Positions 20,108-29,938 are shown, counted from the stretch's first letter. The stretch is DNA of 50,137 bases from Patescibacteria group bacterium (GCA_043803845.1 JAZDJT010000006.1:1-50137); one strand, 5' to 3'. Numbers and translations: made by a program. Notes: generated by a model from the sequence alone, not told the origin.

Positions 20108-22648
20108 ATGGACAAGCGCTATCAATCAAAAGAGATAGAAAAAAAAATATATTCTTTTTGGGAGAAGAACGGTTTTTTTAATCCCGACAACCAAGACATA
20201 AAGACAAAAAGTAAAAAAACTTTTTGTATTTTAATGCCGCCGCCCAATGCTAATGGCCCTTTGCACATAGGTCATGCCGTTTTCGTTACCATTGAGGATA
20301 TCTTGACTCGTTTCTGGCGAATGAATGGTGTTTCCGCACTCTGGCTGCCGGCTTTTGACCACGCTGGTTTCGAAACGCAAGTGGTATTCGATAAAAAATA
20401 TCCGTTGGTCGTCAGGGAACTTAAAAGGGAAGAGCTTTTAAAAAAAATCTGGGATTTTACTCAGGGAAACAAAAAAATTTGCCGCGAGCAACTGAAAAGC
20501 CTTGGCGCTTCAGCCGACTGGTCGAGAGAAAAATTCACACTCGATAAGGAGATTGTGGAGACTGTTTATGAAACTTTTGAAAAGCTATACAAGGACAAGC
20601 TTTTGTATAGAGGTGAGAGGATAGTTAATTGGTGCACCCATCATCAAACTTTTCTCTCCGAATTGGAGGTAAGACACAAGGAAGTTGATGGAGTCCTTTG
20701 GTATGTTAGATATAAACTCAAAACACCGAGCGCTAAAACTAAATATATTATCGTAGCCACAACGAGACCGGAAACGATTTTGGGAGACACCGCTGTTGCC
20801 GTTAATCCCGGGGATAAAAGATATAAAGGTTTAATAGGGAAAACTGTTATTGTTCCTTTGGTTAATCGCCGGGTTCCTATCGTCGCCGACAGAGCGGTTG
20901 ATAAAAAATTCGGAACCGGCGCTGTGAAGATTACCCCCGCCCATGACTCTAATGATTTTAAAATCGCCCAGCGAAACAGTCTGCCAAAAATCGAGGTTAT
21001 CGATAAGACAGGCAAAATAAAGGCTTTTGGCGATTCGGAGTCGCTATCGAACAAATTTATAGGGTTAAAGATATCAGAAGCACGAGACGAAGTTATCAAG
21101 GAGTTGAAAGAGCTAAATCTTTTAGAGAGAGAAGAACCATATCGGCACACCATCGGAGTCTGTTATAAGTGCGGCAGGTTTGTAGAATATCTGCCGTCTT
21201 CCCAGTGGTTTATTAAAATTAAACCATTGGCCGAAAAGGTAATCAGAATTGTAAAAAAAGATAAAATTAGATTTCATCCTAGGCACTATAAAAGAATCTT
21301 TCTGAACTGGATGAAGAATATCCGTGACTGGAACATAGGACGCCAAATCATCTGGGGAATAAGGATGCCCGTCTGGTATAGAAAAATCGAAAAAAATAAT
21401 CCGAAAGTCTGGGATGTCAAAATATACGGTGAGGATATTTTTAGAGCGATTTTAGAGGGTACAAAAAAAATAGAAACCCGAGCCGGAAGGAAAAAGGGAG
21501 AAAGCAAATACTGGGGTGATTTTCAGGCAGGGGATACCATCGATTTTTATTTAGCCGATGAGAAAACAGACGCAGTAAATACTTCTATAAAACCAGTAAG
21601 AAAGATTGTAAAAAGAGTTTCTCATTATAAAACGATTAATGATTTATTTAAGATTTATTCTCCGGAGTTGGATTATCCTGGTAAGACGGCAGAGGATATA
21701 AAAAATTGGTGGAAAGGTCACCCCACTCTTCACGCTCGTATAAAAGAATACGGCATTTGGGCGATTGAGTTAGCTGATAGTTTTGACGTAGATGAGGTCT
21801 ACGTCGGAAAAAACCCTCCCGACGGCTTAACTTGGCGGCAAGAAAACGATGTTTTCGACACATGGTTTTCTTCGGGACAGTGGCCGTTTGCCGTCCTGGG
21901 TTATCCCGACGGCCGAGATTTTAAAAAATTTTATCCGACATCCGTGATAGAAACTGGATGGGACATTTTATTTTTTTGGGTGGCGAGAATGATAATGCTT
22001 TCTCTGTATCGAACCGGCAGAATACCTTTTCGCGATGTTGTTCTGCATGGCCTCGTCAGAGACAAAGACCGACAAAAAATGTCGAAATCAAAAGGTAACG
22101 TGATTGACCCCCTGGCGGTTGTGTCCGATTACGGAGCCGATGCTCTGCGCATAGCGCTGGTTTTCGGAACCTCTACCGGTTCGGATGTGATAATCTCAGA
22201 AGAAAAAATTAGGGGGCAGAGAAATTTTACCAATAAAATCTGGAACGCCAGCCGCTTCGTGATGATGAATCTGAAAGAAGATTTTAAACCCCAAAATGTG
22301 AAACCAAAATTAACCAGTAAAGATAAATGGATTCTAGGCGAGCTGAAAAAGACCATTCGAAAAATTACCCTCTCGATTAAAAGTTATCGATTTCATCGCG
22401 GAGCCGACGAGGTTTATCAGTTTTTCTGGCACAAATTCTGCGATAAGACTATAGAAGACTGCAAGAAAAGGATTTTTGAGTCAAAGACCGAAAAAGAAAA
22501 AGAGACCCCACGCTGGGTTTTATGGACTGTTTTATACCAATCCTTAAAAATTCTTCATCCTTTTATGCCATTCGTTAGCGAAGAGATATATCAGAAATTG
22601 CCATCAAGGCCAAAGATTGCATTAATTATAGAAGAGTGGCCGGGATAG
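20108..22648 (+). CDS. valS: Valyl-tRNA synthetase carrying an inserted ASCH/PUA-like domain
   Basis: Has PPPNANGPLHIGHA (HIGH), TTRPETILGDTAVAV, KMSKSKGN and DVFDTWFSS. About 156 codons lie between WGIRMPVWY and DVFDTWFSS (see findings). Confidence 0.95.
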   Translation: MDKRYQSKEIEKKIYSFWEKNGFFNPDNQDIKTKSKKTFCILMPPPNANGPLHIGHAVFVTIEDILTRFWRMNGVSALWLPAFDHAGFETQVVFDKKYPLVVRELKREELLKKIWDFTQGNKKICREQLKSLGASADWSREKFTLDKEIVETVYETFEKLYKDKLLYRGERIVNWCTHHQTFLSELEVRHKEVDGVLWYVRYKLKTPSAKTKYIIVATTRPETILGDTAVAVNPGDKRYKGLIGKTVIVPLVNRRVPIVADRAVDKKFGTGAVKITPAHDSNDFKIAQRNSLPKIEVIDKTGKIKAFGDSESLSNKFIGLKISEARDEVIKELKELNLLEREEPYRHTIGVCYKCGRFVEYLPSSQWFIKIKPLAEKVIRIVKKDKIRFHPRHYKRIFLNWMKNIRDWNIGRQIIWGIRMPVWYRKIEKNNPKVWDVKIYGEDIFRAILEGTKKIETRAGRKKGESKYWGDFQAGDTIDFYLADEKTDAVNTSIKPVRKIVKRVSHYKTINDLFKIYSPELDYPGKTAEDIKNWWKGHPTLHARIKEYGIWAIELADSFDVDEVYVGKNPPDGLTWRQENDVFDTWFSSGQWPFAVLGYPDGRDFKKFYPTSVIETGWDILFFWVARMIMLSLYRTGRIPFRDVVLHGLVRDKDRQKMSKSKGNVIDPLAVVSDYGADALRIALVFGTSTGSDVIISEEKIRGQRNFTNKIWNASRFVMMNLKEDFKPQNVKPKLTSKDKWILGELKKTIRKITLSIKSYRFHRGADEVYQFFWHKFCDKTIEDCKKRIFESKTEKEKETPRWVLWTVLYQSLKILHPFMPFVSEEIYQKLPSRPKIALIIEEWPG

Positions 22649-22671
22649 TTTAATTAAGTTTGCTCTAACCT

Positions 22672-23656
22672 ATGATTTTTGGCCATCGGAGACAGTTAAA
22701 AGTCCTATCCTGCCTTTTAAGGAAGGATTCCTTGCCACACGCGATATTATTTACAGGTCCTTCTAAGATTGGTAAAAAAACAATTGTTCTGGAAATCGTG
22801 CGATACCTCTGCCATTCTCCTAAAATTAATGAGAGTTTTTTTGATTTTCTCAAAAGAGATTGCGATTGCCACAATTGCGACTTGATTAAAAGCGGCAGAT
22901 TTCCCGGTGTTTTAAAGGTGGAAAGGGATGAAGATTTCTCCATAAAAAAAATCAGAGAGATTAGAGAACAAATCATCCTCTCTTCGGTCTATCCTTATAA
23001 AATTGTTGTTTTGGACAATATAGAAGGACTTTCTCGTGAGGCTACGGGTGCCCTACTAAAAATGTTGGAAGAGCCGCGAGGTAAAACTGTTTTCTTCCTG
23101 ATAGCGAAATTTCCTCATCTTCTGCCCAGGACCATTCTTTCTCGATGCGAAGCAATAAGATTCTATCCGCTGTCGAGAGAAGACATGAAAAAATTTATCG
23201 AGGCGGAGATAGGAAAAAACAAACTAAAAGTTCCTAGCCAAGAGCAGAGTAGAATTTTAGACTTTAGCATGGGTAGACCGGGCTTGACTCGAGAGCTTTT
23301 ACTTGACAAAAGATTATTAATTTGGTATAATTTATTTCTGGAGAGTGTGATTGGGATAAAAAAGTCTTCTTTATTTGAAAGGATGATGTTGGCGGAAAGG
23401 TTAGATAAGGAACGTGAGATTGATGACTTTCTTTTTTTTTACCGAGTATTATTTTCGAGACGTTTTAGCGACAAAAAAAGAAGTCGATAAATTATTTTTA
23501 GAATCCTCAAGGAAGGAATTGAAGAGAGAATCAGATTCTTTTTCAGAAAGGGAATTAAAAAAAATCATCAAGGATATACAAAAAACAAAAAAACATTTGT
23601 TTTTCTCTAATATCTCTCCACGTCTGGCAATAGAGAATTTTCTTTTGGGTATTTAA
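22672..23656 (+). CDS. holB: DNA polymerase III delta' subunit, reading frame broken at a T9 run
   Basis: The N-terminal ORF (22672-23490) has HAILFTGPSKIGKKT, LLKMLEEP and SRC motifs. The frame +2 ORF (23414-23656) supplies a plausible C-terminal domain ending RLAIENFLLGI. The two frames meet at T9 23432-23440. Confidence 0.8.
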
Positions 23657-23667
23657 GATTAACAATT

Positions 23668-24759
23668 ATGTTTAAAGAAATCGGTTGGGCAATATTGTGT
23701 TTTTTTATCGCTTACCTGGCTTTTGAGGGAGTATTTTATTTATTGGAAAAAGATTATGGCATAAAATTGCCCATCGCCGAAGAATTCTTTTTGTCTTATG
23801 ACGGTGGTGATGAATGGCTAGCGATAGAAGTACCGGACAATAAGGTAGTAACCAGCGGTGCCCTATCTTTTGACCCAGAAAACCCCCAGAGGCTTTATTT
23901 GGCTTCGCCGCGCGGCATTTTTTACAGGGACGAGGGTAGCAAGACCAAATTTCAAAAGACAGAGGCAAAGTTCGAGACAGAAAACGCTCCTCTTTTGATT
24001 TCTCAGACCATCACTTCGCCGCACAGCGATGAGACGATTTATATTATCTCTGAAGACATAGAGAGAAATAAGGTTTTGGTCTCTTATAATAAAGGGGAAA
24101 TCTTTCGGCCGATCTTCATCTCTCAGATAGATGACAAAATCTCGGCCTTCTCGGTTGATCCTTTTTATCCCAACGTTCTTTATGTTGGCACAAGGCTCGG
24201 CAACTTTCTAAAAAGCGAGGATTTCGGCAATTCTTGGGGGCAAAAGGACAACTTTATCCAAGAAGTGGGTCAAATCTCTCCAAATCCGCACACAAGAAAT
24301 GAGATTTATCTCTTACTTTCAAGAAGAGAAAGAGATCTTTATGACTATTACTCTCAACTTATGCCTTCAAAAATCATGGTAAGTATTAACGGCGGCACTA
24401 AATTTAGAGAACTCTCTTCGAAAATCGTTATGCCCGAGACAAGAAAAATAGTTTTTGATCCAATTATCAATAGAGTTTATTTCTTTTCCGATCTATCTCT
24501 TATTAGAAAGGAAGGTGAAAAAATTAAGATTGTGAATGTGGTAAAGCCATCTTTCGATAATAAAATTAAAAGCTTTACAATCGACCCTCAAAATTCTAAT
24601 ATATTATACGTGGGAGCTGACAATTTGATTTATAAATCGGAAGACGGAGGGAACAACTGGCAGATAATAGAATCACCGGTAAGAGGCGACGTCAAAGAAA
24701 TAAAGATTAATCCCGAAGATTCTCAGACTCTCATTATCTCAATCGAAAAAACTTTGTAA
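23668..24759 (+). CDS. Membrane-anchored BNR/Asp-box repeat beta-propeller protein
   Basis: Has an N-terminal TM helix and repeated S-x-D-x-G-x-x-W-like boxes (SYDGGDEW, SEDFGNSW, SINGGTKF, SEDGGNNW). Confidence 0.6.
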   Translation: MFKEIGWAILCFFIAYLAFEGVFYLLEKDYGIKLPIAEEFFLSYDGGDEWLAIEVPDNKVVTSGALSFDPENPQRLYLASPRGIFYRDEGSKTKFQKTEAKFETENAPLLISQTITSPHSDETIYIISEDIERNKVLVSYNKGEIFRPIFISQIDDKISAFSVDPFYPNVLYVGTRLGNFLKSEDFGNSWGQKDNFIQEVGQISPNPHTRNEIYLLLSRRERDLYDYYSQLMPSKIMVSINGGTKFRELSSKIVMPETRKIVFDPIINRVYFFSDLSLIRKEGEKIKIVNVVKPSFDNKIKSFTIDPQNSNILYVGADNLIYKSEDGGNNWQIIESPVRGDVKEIKINPEDSQTLIISIEKTL

Positions 24760-24770
24760 ATCAAAAAAAA

Positions 24771-25337
24771 ATGTCTTCTGGCAACACCGAAACAGTTCTA
24801 AAAGAGACAAAAGACTCATTTCAGAAAACATTGGAATGGTTTTCCAAGGAGGTTTTGGTGTTTCGCGGCTCAAGACTTTCTTTGGGTCTTCTCTACAACA
24901 CGCCGGTTGAATATTACGGTTCAAGAATATCCCTAAAAGAGATAGCTTCTCTTTCTTTTGCCGATTCTAACACAATATCCATTGAACCCTGGGATAAGTC
25001 GGCTATCAAAAACATAGAGCAGGCACTTTCCAAAATGGAAATCAGCGGCAATATAAGAATTGATGGAGCAAAGATTTTATTCAGTTTTCCCCCGTTCACG
25101 CAGGAAGACAGGGAGAAGATGGTTAAAATTCTTAATCAGAAGGCGGAAAAAGCAAAAATCGTCTTGCGTCAGACGAGGGAAAAAACCTGGCACGTTCTCC
25201 AAGAGATGGAAAAGCAAAAAGAGATATCCGAAGACGAAAAATTCAGAGGCAAAGACAATCTTCAAAAATTAACAGATGAATTCCAGGAAAAAATAGAAAA
25301 ATTAAAAGAGAAAAAATCAGGAGAGATTCTAGGTTAA
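24771..25337 (+). CDS. frr: Ribosome recycling factor
   Basis: 188 aa. ISIEPWDKSAIKNIEQAL, the coiled C-terminal half and the length are typical of RRF. Confidence 0.9.
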   Translation: MSSGNTETVLKETKDSFQKTLEWFSKEVLVFRGSRLSLGLLYNTPVEYYGSRISLKEIASLSFADSNTISIEPWDKSAIKNIEQALSKMEISGNIRIDGAKILFSFPPFTQEDREKMVKILNQKAEKAKIVLRQTREKTWHVLQEMEKQKEISEDEKFRGKDNLQKLTDEFQEKIEKLKEKKSGEILG

Positions 25338-25372
25338 CCCATTAGCATTAAATTACATTCTCTTAATTTTTT

Positions 25373-26467
25373 ATGGTAATTTTAAGTATTTTAATTTTTC
25401 TTTTAGTCATAAATTTTTTGGTAGTCTCTCACGAGCTTTTTCATTTTATCGCTGCAAAAAGGGCCCACCTCAAAGTGGAGGAATTTTGTATCGGTTTTCC
25501 TCCGAGAATCTTTAAAAAGAAGCGAGAAGAAACAGTCTATTCTATCGGCCTACTTCCTCTTGGGGGTTTTGTCAAAATAGAAGGGATGGACACGTCCGAC
25601 AGGACCCCCACTTTTTATTCAAAGAGTGTTAGAGAGAGGTTTTGGATTATTTTTGCCGGAGTCGTGGCAAATTTTTTTCTAGCAATAATTTTGTTTTCCA
25701 TAGGTTTTTCCGTCGGCTTGCCGCAGGCTATAGAAAAAGATGTTCCTCCTGGAGCTCGAAATATAGGTATCTCAATAGTAGAGGTAGCGGCTGACTCTCC
25801 AGCAGAAAAAGCGGGTATAAAATTAGGCGACAAGATAATTAAGATAACAGAAACTCTTTCGGGCCAGGAAAAGTTAATCAAAGAGATTGACGAGGTAAAA
25901 AATATTACCGACGGCAATAGGGGTAAAACCCTTATTTTCACTTTGGGGAGAGGCAATAAAATTATAAAAAAAGAAGTTCTCGCCAGAACATCTCCTCCGG
26001 AAAACGAGGGAGCTATAGGTATAGCCATGGCTAGGACCGCTATCGTCTCTTATCCCTGGTACCAATCTATTTTGAAAGGAGTTAGGACAACTCTTGATTT
26101 GTCATCGGCTACCTTTAAATACCTGTTCCAAGCCGCAAGAGACGCTATTTCAGGTAAAGAGGTAAAAGGCATAGAATTCAGAGGACCAATCGGTATCGGA
26201 GTTATGGTCTCCCAAATGCTGGAGCTAGGAGGAGTTTATGTTTTGCAATTTACTGCTATTTTGTCACTAAATTTAGCCATACTCAACGCCTTACCCTTTC
26301 CTGCTCTTGACGGCGGAAGATTATTTCTCTTGCTAATTGAAAAGATTAGAAAACGTCCTCTCTCTTATAAAATTGAGAGCCTGATAAATAATGTTGGATT
26401 TGCGATATTGATAATTTTGATGATTATTGTAAGTTTCCAGGACGTGAGAAGACTTTTAAGAGGCTAA
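25373..26467 (+). CDS. rseP: RIP (site-2) zinc metalloprotease RseP, M50 family
   Basis: Has HELFHF (HExxH), an internal PDZ-like segment (SPAEKAGIKLGDKI), the NALPFPALDGG motif and multiple TM helices. Confidence 0.87.
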   Translation: MVILSILIFLLVINFLVVSHELFHFIAAKRAHLKVEEFCIGFPPRIFKKKREETVYSIGLLPLGGFVKIEGMDTSDRTPTFYSKSVRERFWIIFAGVVANFFLAIILFSIGFSVGLPQAIEKDVPPGARNIGISIVEVAADSPAEKAGIKLGDKIIKITETLSGQEKLIKEIDEVKNITDGNRGKTLIFTLGRGNKIIKKEVLARTSPPENEGAIGIAMARTAIVSYPWYQSILKGVRTTLDLSSATFKYLFQAARDAISGKEVKGIEFRGPIGIGVMVSQMLELGGVYVLQFTAILSLNLAILNALPFPALDGGRLFLLLIEKIRKRPLSYKIESLINNVGFAILIILMIIVSFQDVRRLLRG

Positions 26468-26532
26468 AAATTACATATCCTCGGGATAAAATATTTTCAG
26501 TCGGTTTTAAATTAATTATCTTTTAAAGACTC

Positions 26533-26561
26533 TTGATATTAATTAATCAATTTGTTAATAT
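26533..26561 (+). promoter_or_regulatory. Putative infA / alpha-operon promoter
   Basis: TTGATA (26533-26538), 17 nt, TAATAT (26556-26561). Confidence 0.45.
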
Positions 26562-26566
26562 AAATA

Positions 26567-26604
26567 CTTCTCTGATGAGAAGGCAAAACTTCTCTAACGA
26601 GAAG
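26567..26604 (+). promoter_or_regulatory. Twin identical-stem hairpins in the infA leader
   Basis: CUUCUC-UGAU-GAGAAG (26567-26582) and CUUCUC-UAAC-GAGAAG (26589-26604). Confidence 0.4.
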
Positions 26605-26629
26605 ACAAAAGGACCGATAAAATCGAAAA

Positions 26630-26845
26630 ATGAAAAAAATTCGATATCTAAAGGAAGGAGAAGTAATCGAGGCATTGCCCAATACGACTTTTAAAGTAAA
26701 ATTAAGCGATGGGAAAGAGGTTTTAGCTCACCTTTCGGGCAAGATGAGGTTAAACTTCATCAGGATTCTACCCGGAGACAGAGTAAGGGTAGAGATTTCT
26801 CCATATGACGAGAGAAGGGGAAGGATAATATACAGAGGGAGATAA
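26630..26845 (+). CDS. infA: Translation initiation factor IF-1
   Basis: 71-aa S1-like protein with [17 protein letters not shown]...[16 protein letters not shown]...SPYD. Confidence 0.95.
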   Translation: MKKIRYLKEGEVIEALPNTTFKVKLSDGKEVLAHLSGKMRLNFIRILPGDRVRVEISPYDERRGRIIYRGR

Positions 26846-26861
26846 TTAAGGTTAAAATCAT

Positions 26862-26978
26862 ATGAAAGTAAGAGCTTCAGTAAAAAAAATCTGTAAAGAT
26901 TGCAAGATCGTGAGAAGAAAAAGTAAATTGTACGTAATTTGTAAAAAGACCCCAAAGCATAAACAAAGACAGGGTTGA
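26862..26978 (+). CDS. rpmJ: 50S ribosomal protein L36
   Basis: This is below the ORF-track cutoff and was translated by hand as [38 protein letters not shown] (38 aa). It sits between infA and rpsM as in the canonical alpha operon. Confidence 0.9.
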   Translation: MKVRASVKKICKDCKIVRRKSKLYVICKKTPKHKQRQG

Positions 26979-27059
26979 TTCAAATAACTACAATAGTTTA
27001 GTAACGCCGCTTAAGCGGCAAATTAGTTTTCAAAAAGGAATTAAAGTTTTCAGAAAAAT

Positions 27060-27449
27060 ATGGCGAGAATTGCTGGCGTCAATATACCAGACAAGAAACA
27101 AGTCTTAGTATCCCTGACTTACATTTACGGGATAGGTTTGTCTCTGGCTAAAAAGATATTAACGGAGGCAAGTGTTGATCTCACAAAAAAGGCAGAGGAT
27201 TTATCAGCGCAAGAACTCGAAAGGGTAAAGGATGTAGTGGAAAAAAAATACAAGATAGAAGGGGAACTGAAAAGAGAAAGACTAATGAATATCAGAAGAT
27301 TGAAAGAAATCGGTTCTTGGAGAGGCGCGAGGCATCAGAAAGGCTTACCAGTTAGGGGTCAGACTACGCGTCATAATTCTAGAACTGTTAGAGGTAATGT
27401 GAAAAAAACGGTTGGCAGCGGTAGAAGAAAGGCACCGACAGCAACATAA
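27060..27449 (+). CDS. rpsM: 30S ribosomal protein S13
   Basis: MARIAGVNIP...YIYGIG...RGxRHxxGLPVRGQxTxxNxRT pattern, in the conserved operon position. Confidence 0.95.
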   Translation: MARIAGVNIPDKKQVLVSLTYIYGIGLSLAKKILTEASVDLTKKAEDLSAQELERVKDVVEKKYKIEGELKRERLMNIRRLKEIGSWRGARHQKGLPVRGQTTRHNSRTVRGNVKKTVGSGRRKAPTAT

Positions 27450-27462
27450 TGAATAATTAACT

Positions 27463-27915
27463 ATGGGCAAGAAACGTGTTATAAAACCGACTAAAGAAAC
27501 CCTTTTGAAAGAGAGAGAAAGAGTTGAAGAGAAGACTGGAGAGGTTAGCGGTGCGGGAGTTAGGAGAAAAATTGAGAGAGGAAGAATATACATTCAGTCT
27601 ACTTACAACAACACAATGATAACCCTTACGGACAGCAAGGGAGACGTTATTTTTTGGACCAGCGCCGGCAAGGTCGGATTCAAGGGAACGAAGAAAGGGA
27701 CGCCTTTTGCCGCCACTAAAACTGCGGATTTTGTCGCTGGCGTCGTAAACAAAATAGAAATAAAAAGCATAGAAGTTTTTGTTAAGGGGATCGGGCAGGG
27801 CAGGGAGGCTGCCCTTCGAGCCTTGGCTAATAGAGGAATTGATATAATCTCCATAAAAGACATAACCCCCGTTCCTCATAACGGGACTAAACCTCCTAAT
27901 CCTAGGAGAGTCTAA
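27463..27915 (+). CDS. rpsK: 30S ribosomal protein S11
   Basis: Has IYIQSTYNNTMITLTD, GFKGTKKGTPFAA and ITPVPHNGTKPPNPRRV. Confidence 0.95.
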   Translation: MGKKRVIKPTKETLLKERERVEEKTGEVSGAGVRRKIERGRIYIQSTYNNTMITLTDSKGDVIFWTSAGKVGFKGTKKGTPFAATKTADFVAGVVNKIEIKSIEVFVKGIGQGREAALRALANRGIDIISIKDITPVPHNGTKPPNPRRV

Positions 27916-27956
27916 TTAGATTTTTTAATTATTTTCTAATCTTTTTAAAATCATTT

Positions 27957-28586
27957 ATGTCTATTAACGACAAATGTAGAATTTGTAGAAGAGCCGGAGA
28001 AAAGCTCTTTTTAAAAGGAGAGAAATGTTTTTCCCAGAAGTGTTCGATTTTAAGGAAGCCTTACGCACCCGGCGTACCGCCCAAAAGAAGAAAAAGTAGA
28101 TCATCTGAATACGGAATTCAGCTAAGAGAAGCCCAGAAATTAAAGAAAACTTACGGTATAGACGAGAAACAGTTCAAAAGAATAGTTAAGGGGGTGCTTA
28201 AAAAGAGAGGAAAGGAAGACGTTTCCCGGTTGCTTTTGAAGAGAATTGAAAAAAGAATTTCCAATGTCATTTTCCGAGTGGGACTAGCCAAATCAAGAAG
28301 AAACGCTCAACAGCTAGTTTCCCATGCTCACTTTTCGCTCAACGGCAAAAAAATTAATATTTCCTCTCAAGAGGTAAAATTAGGCGACGAGATAAAATTA
28401 TCAGAGAAATCAAAAAAAAATAATTATTTTAAGAAAATCCTTCCGTTGGTAAAAAAAGAGAGCATACCTTCCTGGCTTTCCTTCGACAAGGAAAAAGGAC
28501 TAATAAAAGTTGCTCAGGAGCCTAAAGTTGAAGAGATAGGAATGAAAATAAACATACCATTGGTACTGGTATTTTATTCAAAATAA
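27957..28586 (+). CDS. rpsD: 30S ribosomal protein S4
   Basis: Has the N-terminal Cys cluster CRICRRAGEKLFLKGEKC, YGIQLREAQKLK, and the S4 RNA-binding domain RRNAQQLVSHAHFSLNGKKINI. Confidence 0.95.
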   Translation: MSINDKCRICRRAGEKLFLKGEKCFSQKCSILRKPYAPGVPPKRRKSRSSEYGIQLREAQKLKKTYGIDEKQFKRIVKGVLKKRGKEDVSRLLLKRIEKRISNVIFRVGLAKSRRNAQQLVSHAHFSLNGKKINISSQEVKLGDEIKLSEKSKKNNYFKKILPLVKKESIPSWLSFDKEKGLIKVAQEPKVEEIGMKINIPLVLVFYSK

Positions 28587-28641
28587 ATTCATTACTTTTA
28601 AGGTCTTTTTAAGAAATATTTAATAAAAAAAATTAAAAAAT

Positions 28642-29556
28642 ATGATTATTCTACCAGATTCCGTAAAAATATTAGAGAAAGATCCTAAAAAAATTATTTT
28701 CGAGGTAAGACCGCTTTATCCCGGTTACGGAATCACCCTAGGTAATGCCTTGCGGCGAATATTATTGTCCTCCATAGAAGGAGCGGCCATCACGCAGGTG
28801 AAAATAAAAGGAGCCTCTCACGAATTTAGTGTTCTGCCGGGGATGAAAGAGGATGTTTTAAATATGCTTTTAAACTTGAAGCAGGTTAGACTCAAGATTG
28901 TTGGTAACGAGCCGCAAAAAATTGAATTAAAAGCCAGTGGAGAGAAAGAAATTAAGGCCGCTGACATTAAAGTTCCTGCCCAAGTGGAGATCGTTAATAA
29001 GGATCAGCACATAGCTTATCTCTCTTCCTCAAAGAACAAACTAGAAATAGAAATGCAGGTTGAAAAAGGGCTCGGCTATGTTGACGCCGAGGACTTAAAA
29101 GAGGATAAAGCCCCCGTGGGAGTGATATATTTGGATGCGGTTTTTAGCCCCGTCAAAAAGGTTTCATTCTGGATAGAAAACATAAGATTTGAAAAAAGGA
29201 CCGATTATAACAAACTGAAGATGGAGGTGGAGACGGATGGCACCGTCAATCCAGAGTGGGCCATAAAAGAAGCCTGTAAAATTTTGATAGATCACGTTGG
29301 CAAGATTAATGAGGCCTTCACAGTAAAAGAAGAAAAAAACCTCAAATCTGATAAAGATACGCAGGAACTCACGCTTGAGAATCTCAATTTATCCACCAGG
29401 ACTTTAAAGGCCATTAAAGAAGGCGGTATCAAAAATTTAAGCCAGCTACTAAAGAAAAAAGAGGAAAAATTAAAAGAAATAAAAGGTCTGGGAGAAAAAG
29501 GCGTTAGTGAGATAAAAAAGAGATTGAAGAAGAAGGGACTGGAACTGAAGCAATAG
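28642..29556 (+). CDS. rpoA: DNA-directed RNA polymerase alpha subunit
   Basis: Has YGITLGNALRRILLSSIEGAA and the C-terminal domain LSTRTLKAIKEGGIKNLSQL, in operon context. Confidence 0.95.
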   Translation: MIILPDSVKILEKDPKKIIFEVRPLYPGYGITLGNALRRILLSSIEGAAITQVKIKGASHEFSVLPGMKEDVLNMLLNLKQVRLKIVGNEPQKIELKASGEKEIKAADIKVPAQVEIVNKDQHIAYLSSSKNKLEIEMQVEKGLGYVDAEDLKEDKAPVGVIYLDAVFSPVKKVSFWIENIRFEKRTDYNKLKMEVETDGTVNPEWAIKEACKILIDHVGKINEAFTVKEEKNLKSDKDTQELTLENLNLSTRTLKAIKEGGIKNLSQLLKKKEEKLKEIKGLGEKGVSEIKKRLKKKGLELKQ

Positions 29557-29576
29557 TTATCTTTTAAATCAATAAT

Positions 29577-29930
29577 ATGAGACATCAAAATAAAGGAAGA
29601 AAACTTTCCCGCGAGAGAGACCAGCGCCGCGCTTTTTTGAAAATCCTGGGCAGTAATTTTATTTTAAAAGAAAAAATTATTACCACTGAGGCTCGTGCGA
29701 AAGAACTGAGAGGTTTTATTGAGAAGAAAATCACGCGAGCGAAAAGAGGAGATGTCGCCGCCGTGAGACAATTGAGAAAATTTTTTCCTGAAAAAGTGAC
29801 TTGGAAAATGATTAAAGAAATAGCCCCCTCCCTGAAAGACAGAAAAGGCGGCTATACGAGGATTACAAAAATCGGTCCAAGGAAGAACGATGCGGCGGAA
29901 ATGGTAAAAATAGAATTAATCAAGAAATAA
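29577..29930 (+). CDS. rplQ: 50S ribosomal protein L17
   Basis: Reads MRHQNKGRKLSRERDQRRAF...GGYTRITK. Confidence 0.94.
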   Translation: MRHQNKGRKLSRERDQRRAFLKILGSNFILKEKIITTEARAKELRGFIEKKITRAKRGDVAAVRQLRKFFPEKVTWKMIKEIAPSLKDRKGGYTRITKIGPRKNDAAEMVKIELIKK

Positions 29931-29938
29931 ATCTTTTT

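Noticed and set aside
23414-23656. 80-aa ORF treated as an independent gene.
   Set aside because: It begins inside holB in another frame at a T9 run and supplies the missing delta' C-terminal domain, so it is interpreted as the frameshifted continuation of holB.
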